From the NCBI GenBank assembly GCA_951406725.2, contig OX597817.1:128092001-128156000 (forward strand): 64,000 bases of DNA, given 5' to 3'. The notes beneath the pieces are model-generated. The model saw only the letters and a program-made list of their open reading frames with translations. It made no database searches and was not told the origin of the DNA. Below, in pieces: positions 56,545 through 64,000 of this stretch. Within the stretch, counting starts at the first letter, position 1. The number at the start of each line of letters is the position of its first letter. The stretch comes from Octopus vulgaris. Lineage: Eukaryota. The translations under genes and the position numbers were made by a program.

Positions 56545-56968
56545 AGACACATATTTATACATCATCATCATCTCATGTCATATAGAGTATTGTTGGCTTG
56601 TTGAAGCCGTTATTGTTGTTTAATCCTAGGCTAATGTTAACCAAGCAGATCTATGATCAAAGACTCAGGTATATATATATACACACACACACATATTTAG
56701 TGAGACAGAGACAGGCAGAGAAATAGATAGATAAGTAGATAGATAGATAGATAGACAGACATAAAATAGATAGACATAAAGATAGATAGAATAAATGATG
56801 GACAGATGGATGGATGAATAGATAGATTAAAAAGGTGGATAGAGAGAGAGATAAAACAGGGAGAGAGCAAAAGATAGGTAGGCATATCAGTAGATAAAGA
56901 GAGATAGAGATAAGTCATACATATAATGCAAGCTTATGAGGCAAAGACAAAATAAACAAGTCATACAG

Positions 56969-57001
<33 letters not shown>

Positions 57002-57010
57002 GTATAGATG

Positions 57011-59228
<2,218 letters not shown>

Positions 59229-59536
59229 ATGGGTACAGGACATAAAAAAATGTTAACAAAATGAGAAGCATGAACATAAAAAACAAAAACATAGAAAACG
59301 AAATAAATAAATAGAGAAACAAAACAGGCAACATAAAGAACATTCTCTTCATCAGTTGTCCCCTGTTTTATCTACTCCGCATTTCAAAGGTAGGGACAAA
59401 ATGCGATTTCATTAAAACAGTCCTTCCCACAAAGCGGAGTGTTAAAGAGATGTATATATGTTTACAACTTGCTTTGTCAAAGTAGCATTGAGATGTTACC
59501 TTGTTACTTTGTAATTATAAATTTTGTTTATTTCAG

Positions 59537-59652
59537 GTGGGAATTATCCCCATTGGGCTGGAAATGTTTGCAGGAACCACCTCCAAGAAGAGACTTTGTG
59601 CTCTTTGTAAACTTCAATATTGTTGGAATTCCATTTCCACCAGAAAATCAAC
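59537..59652 (+). CDS. CFAP47: CFAP47 internal exon (WELSPLGWKCLQEPPPRRDFVLFVNFNIVGIPFPPENQ)
   Basis: tttcag acceptor and GTAAAT donor; phase 2 in, phase 1 out. Resembles CFAP47 'RQDYALFLRFESVG'. Confidence 0.8.
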
Positions 59653-61173
59653 GTAAATTTTTCTCTCACTCTCTCTCTCTCTTCCTCTCCGTTATTCATC
59701 ACTCATTACTCACAGAACTAAGACAAAATTGGCCGCACTGGTGTACAATATCTCATGTCTTCATTCAGTGTGATGTACATGATGGAATGGCTAAAAGGAG
59801 ATATTTACAGATGAACCAAGGTGGAAGGATGAAAGTAGTGAGAGCAGGATAACTGAAACAGAAAGATTGGAATGACTCAAGGGAAAATGAAAGAAAATGG
59901 AAGAGATAGTGCTGGAAGGAGTTATGGAAGAAAGACATTGGTGACAGGGTGTAATGGGAGAGAGACATGAATGATAGTTACATATTTGCTGGTAAAAAAG
60001 GGTGCAAGTGAAGGATAATCATAGAAATGGCTAGTCATGTTTGTTAATAATGAGTAATCCAAAAGAGGGAGATGTTAACAAGGAACAATGTCAGCTATTA
60101 TGAAAATGAGCAAGTAATGATTAGTCTTGGAGATGGTAAACAAGAATGTTTACATGAATAAAAATGTGGCCTAAAGGGGTAAAGAGGAGAGGGGATGTTG
60201 GCTGGTAATATTAGTGGACAAATGGAAGAGTGCATTGGATACCAATGGATTTACTCAAATATTTTTATGGGAGATATGTTTGTGTGTGCATATACCAATA
60301 TTAATAAGTGGCATTGTAATGCATCCCTTTACTTCAAAAGGGTAACTTAGCTTTTCAATAATTGCCAGAGTGAAATAACGAGTTTGTGAGCAGTGGTGGG
60401 GGGCAATATTATTGGCTGAAACCTTTGAGAGCTGTGCTTCAGCATGGCCACTGTCCAGTGACTGAGACAAATAAAAGACTTGAAGAGTGTCACTTGTGAG
60501 GAGTAAATTTTGTAGCTACCTAAAGCATATCTAGCCACAATGCAGAGGCTCCTTTGTTAAGTCAGACAGCACCATGTCTAATGTAAGTGACACCATGACC
60601 CTTAAAATATATTTCATTTATGTTGGCTTGTTTTCATTTTTATTTTTATTATTAATTGTTTTGAATGTGGCAGAATTGTAAACACGCAAGGTCAACTTTG
60701 CCTTTCATCCTTTCGGGATCAATAAAATAAGTATCAGTGAAACACTGAGGTCGATGTAATCAACTGGAACCCCCACCTTCAAATTTCAGGCTTTGTAGCT
60801 TCAGTTGAAAGGATTGTTAATTGTTTTGAAGGTGATGAGCTGATAGAATCATTAACACACTGGGCAAAATGTTTACTGACATTTCATTCATCCTTACATT
60901 CTGAGTTCAAATTCCACCAAGGTCAACTTTGCCCTTGATCCTTTTGGGGTCAATGAAATAAGTACCAGTTATGCACTGGGGTCAATGTAATCAACTAGTT
61001 CCCCTCCCCAAAGTTTCAGGCCTTGTGCCTATAATAGAAAGGATTATTGTTTTGACTGATCATTTTTGTTTTTTGGGAGGGGAGAAGTTGTTTGCATTTT
61101 TGTTTTCATTTTTTTTTTCTTATATCATTTATTTTTATCAATTTTCTTTCAATCCCCTTCACTTCACTTGCAG

Positions 61174-61434
61174 CTAAGCATGGACTAGAAGTACCAATAA
61201 CAGGTACAGCTCTACCAGTACTGTTGAGCCTTGAACCAGAGAAGTATCACTTTGGTTCCTGTGCTGTTGGAATGAGATCAGAAACAGAAGCGATTCTTTT
61301 AAACTACTCACCTGTACTCCCTGCAAATTACCATTTTAATAATGGTGCTCATTTCAGGGCCCATCCTTATAAAGGAGTACTTCAACCTGGGCAACAAGAA
61401 AGAATCACCTTCTCATTCATACCAAAGCAAATAG
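61174..61434 (+). CDS. CFAP47: CFAP47 internal exon (KHGLEVPITGTALPVLLSLEPEKYHFGSCAVGMRSE...ITFSFIPKQI)
   Basis: cttgcag acceptor and GTAAGC donor; phase 1 in and out. Strong resemblance to CFAP47 'VELALTGTGLPVLLQFDP..LNF.PC..GERSE...SFVPHQLG' (ASH/Ig-like repeats). Confidence 0.9.
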
Positions 61435-63417
61435 GTAAGCTGATCTGTTTTGTTATTATTTCATTATAAAATGGTGACAAGCTGGCAGAATCGCTAGCAC
61501 ACCAGGCAAAATGCTTAGCCACATTTCTTCCATCCTTATGTTCTGTGTTCAAATTCCACTGAGGTCGATTTCGACTTTCTTCCTTTCAGAGTCGATGAGA
61601 TAAGAATCATTCGAACACTAGCGTCGATGTAATCAACTTACCCCCTCCTCCAAAGTTTCAGGCCTTGTGCCTATGGCAGAAAGGCTTATTTCATTATAAA
61701 GAAATGAATATTATTAGAATTCTTAGATCATCAGACCAAATGCCTTCAAGTATTACTTCCAGTTTTCTAAGTTCTGAGCTCAAATTGCCCCAAGGTCAGC
61801 TTTGCCTTTCGTCTCTCTTGGGCTGATAAAATTAAGTGCTGGTCACATACTAACATAGATTATATCACCTAACTCCTCCCCTCGCGAGATTGCTGACTAT
61901 GCTTAAATTAGAAACAATTATTATAATTATTATATATAATAATAAAGAAATGATTATTATTAGAGTCATTTAAATATTGAACAAAAATGCCCAGTAACAA
62001 TATATGTCTTTACATTCTGAATTAAGATATCACCTAGGGTAACTATATCTTTCATCCTTCTGGGTTTGAGAACATCAGTACAAGTCAAGCCCTGGACATA
62101 TTTAATCAACCACTTCTTACCCTCAAAATTTTCAGTTTTGTGCCTAAGTAAAAAGTATATTATTTTTATTATCATTCATGTGGCAAGCAGGCCAAATCGT
62201 TAGAATGTCAGGAAAATGCTTAATGGCATTTGATCTGTCTTTATGTTCTAAATTCAAATTCCACTAAGTGTAACCCTTTATAATTTAAACTGGCCATATC
62301 AGGCCCAAATATTCCAGTTGTTTTATGTTTGAATGGCCAGATCTGGTTTCTCACACCTACCCTACAATGTCATTCTAAACAGTCATATCATCAGAATCTT
62401 GAAGCTGTGAGGTAATGCATGATTAATTCGAAACAATCTGGAAAATTAAGATTGAATTTGACTGAATAATCCGAAAGCTAACAGATTAAGCTCATCACTT
62501 TCATGAATCATTGAGAGTCAGTGAGTGTTATTGGTGCAATCCTGGTGAATTGACATAGTTGTTTGAGTGTTGGATAAAATAGATGGCCTCTTTGAGCATT
62601 GTGTTCACAAAACAGCAAAAATCAAATCAGCCTTTCTGGATTGATAGGAAAAAAAAATACCAATCCAAAATGGTGAAATTGAAGAAGAGTAAAAACGTCA
62701 AACCAGAAGTTTTGTGGCATTTGTTCCAACTCTGCATTTTGAGTTCAAATCCCACTGTGGTCCACCTCCATGGTAGACTTGGTCACTCAGTTTAATATCA
62801 CTACTAGGCCTCTTGAGTACTTTTAGTGGAGCCTACTCTATTGCAGGCATTCAGGTCAGATTTCCTGCTTGAGGATAACTTCTTCCTTATTTCCTCACAA
62901 TCTCATTGACTCTGTAAAGGATCATAGGCCATGCCTTCCCTAAAGGAGAAATGAAACATTTCCTCTAAATCAATCCAACCAGATAAAAAAAAATTACTTT
63001 GTCTTATTAACCCATAGCATTTAATCCAGCCATAAGTTGTCCAAATATTTGACCTGTTTTTTTGTTAAAAGTGCCCAGATACAACCTCTCACACCTCCCT
63101 TATAATGTCATTCTCAAAATATACAAACTCACCTTTGAAATCTTCAAGTTACAAGATAATGTGTGATTAATTCAAAACCATATGAATAAATAAGCATTAC
63201 ATTTGACAGAGTAATCTGCATGCTAAAGGGTTGATCATATTCTGGATAGCTAATAATATCATTGTACTATAATACAAGATGAGGCAATGTGTTTCTTTTA
63301 TTCCATGATTATTTATTAATTATTTGATTGATACTTTATACAATTCACATATCCTAAGCTTAATCTTACTTTCTTTTTTTTTTATCTCTTTCTTCACCAC
63401 CATCTCCTCTATGACAG

Positions 63418-63618
63418 GTGCTCTACAATCAAAAAATGATCTGCAAGTTCAGGAAAACATATCTTCCTTATACAGTGATGGTAATCCTTTTAGTATACAG
63501 AAATTCAAAAGCGGCTTCCCATACTATGTCTCTCCAAAAGTCATTTACTCTGCAGATATACAAATGCAAGGCTTTGGTGTAATGAAACCACTCAATAAAG
63601 ATCCTAAATTTAATATGG
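63418..63618 (+). CDS. CFAP47: CFAP47 probable internal exon (ALQSKNDLQVQENISS...KDPKFNM)
   Basis: Long pyrimidine tract + acag acceptor; GTATGT donor; phase 1 continues the previous exon. Peptide similarity is weaker. Confidence 0.65.
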
Positions 63619-64000
63619 GTATGTCATTTGAGATTTTACAGCCAGTTTGTATTTATTTTGTTTTTCTACTCTAAATCCTTCAGACGTGATAAGTGTGGTC
63701 TATATTTCAATGTTTTGTTTTGTGTTGTATTTCAGAAAGCATTTCAAATGAGAGGTGTAATTAAGGAAACTTGTAAATGAGAAAGCACAAGAAAAATAAA
63801 TAAAACACGGTTGCATTACTGAAGACTCAGTTTTCAGGGTTTCATTCTGTCATATCTCAGAGAGTATGTAGAACACATTGCAAGTAAAATGCCTCATGCT
63901 TCTCAACCAGAGACAGAGAAGCAGAGTAAGGGGAATGGAAACTTTATCAAGAACACCCATACCACAGGGGTTCTCAACTATGTTTTATCTATGGACCCCT

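Overview
AT-rich, microsatellite-saturated animal genomic DNA. The SINE families and repeat style point to an octopus or other coleoid cephalopod (inference). Almost all ORFs in the supplied track are translations of (TA)n, (CA)n, (GATA)n or (AAT)n tracts. The only well-supported host gene is CFAP47: five phase-compatible internal exons on + between 52.3 and 63.6 kb, downstream of a 100-N assembly gap. The rest is mostly transposon debris: Tx1/L1, CR1-like and RTE LINE fragments, two Penelope-like (GIY-YIG) elements, a CACTA-ended piggyBac, a mariner, Helitron/Helentron non-autonomous elements, many tRNA-derived SINEs, and a degenerate tRNA-Lys(CTT). The most notable observations are: (i) about 11 minimal type-I hammerhead ribozyme motifs, three with intact cores, including a mirror-image pair in a 0.5-kb palindrome and two A6U core variants; (ii) a SINE whose 3' tail is repeatedly joined to the same internal site of its own head, suggesting self-targeting or a circular/multimeric intermediate; (iii) a perfect 75-bp inverted duplication inside an old LINE; (iv) CpG-decayed SINEs concentrated in the CFAP47 introns. 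All family and gene assignments are by eye and from recall; no database search was run.
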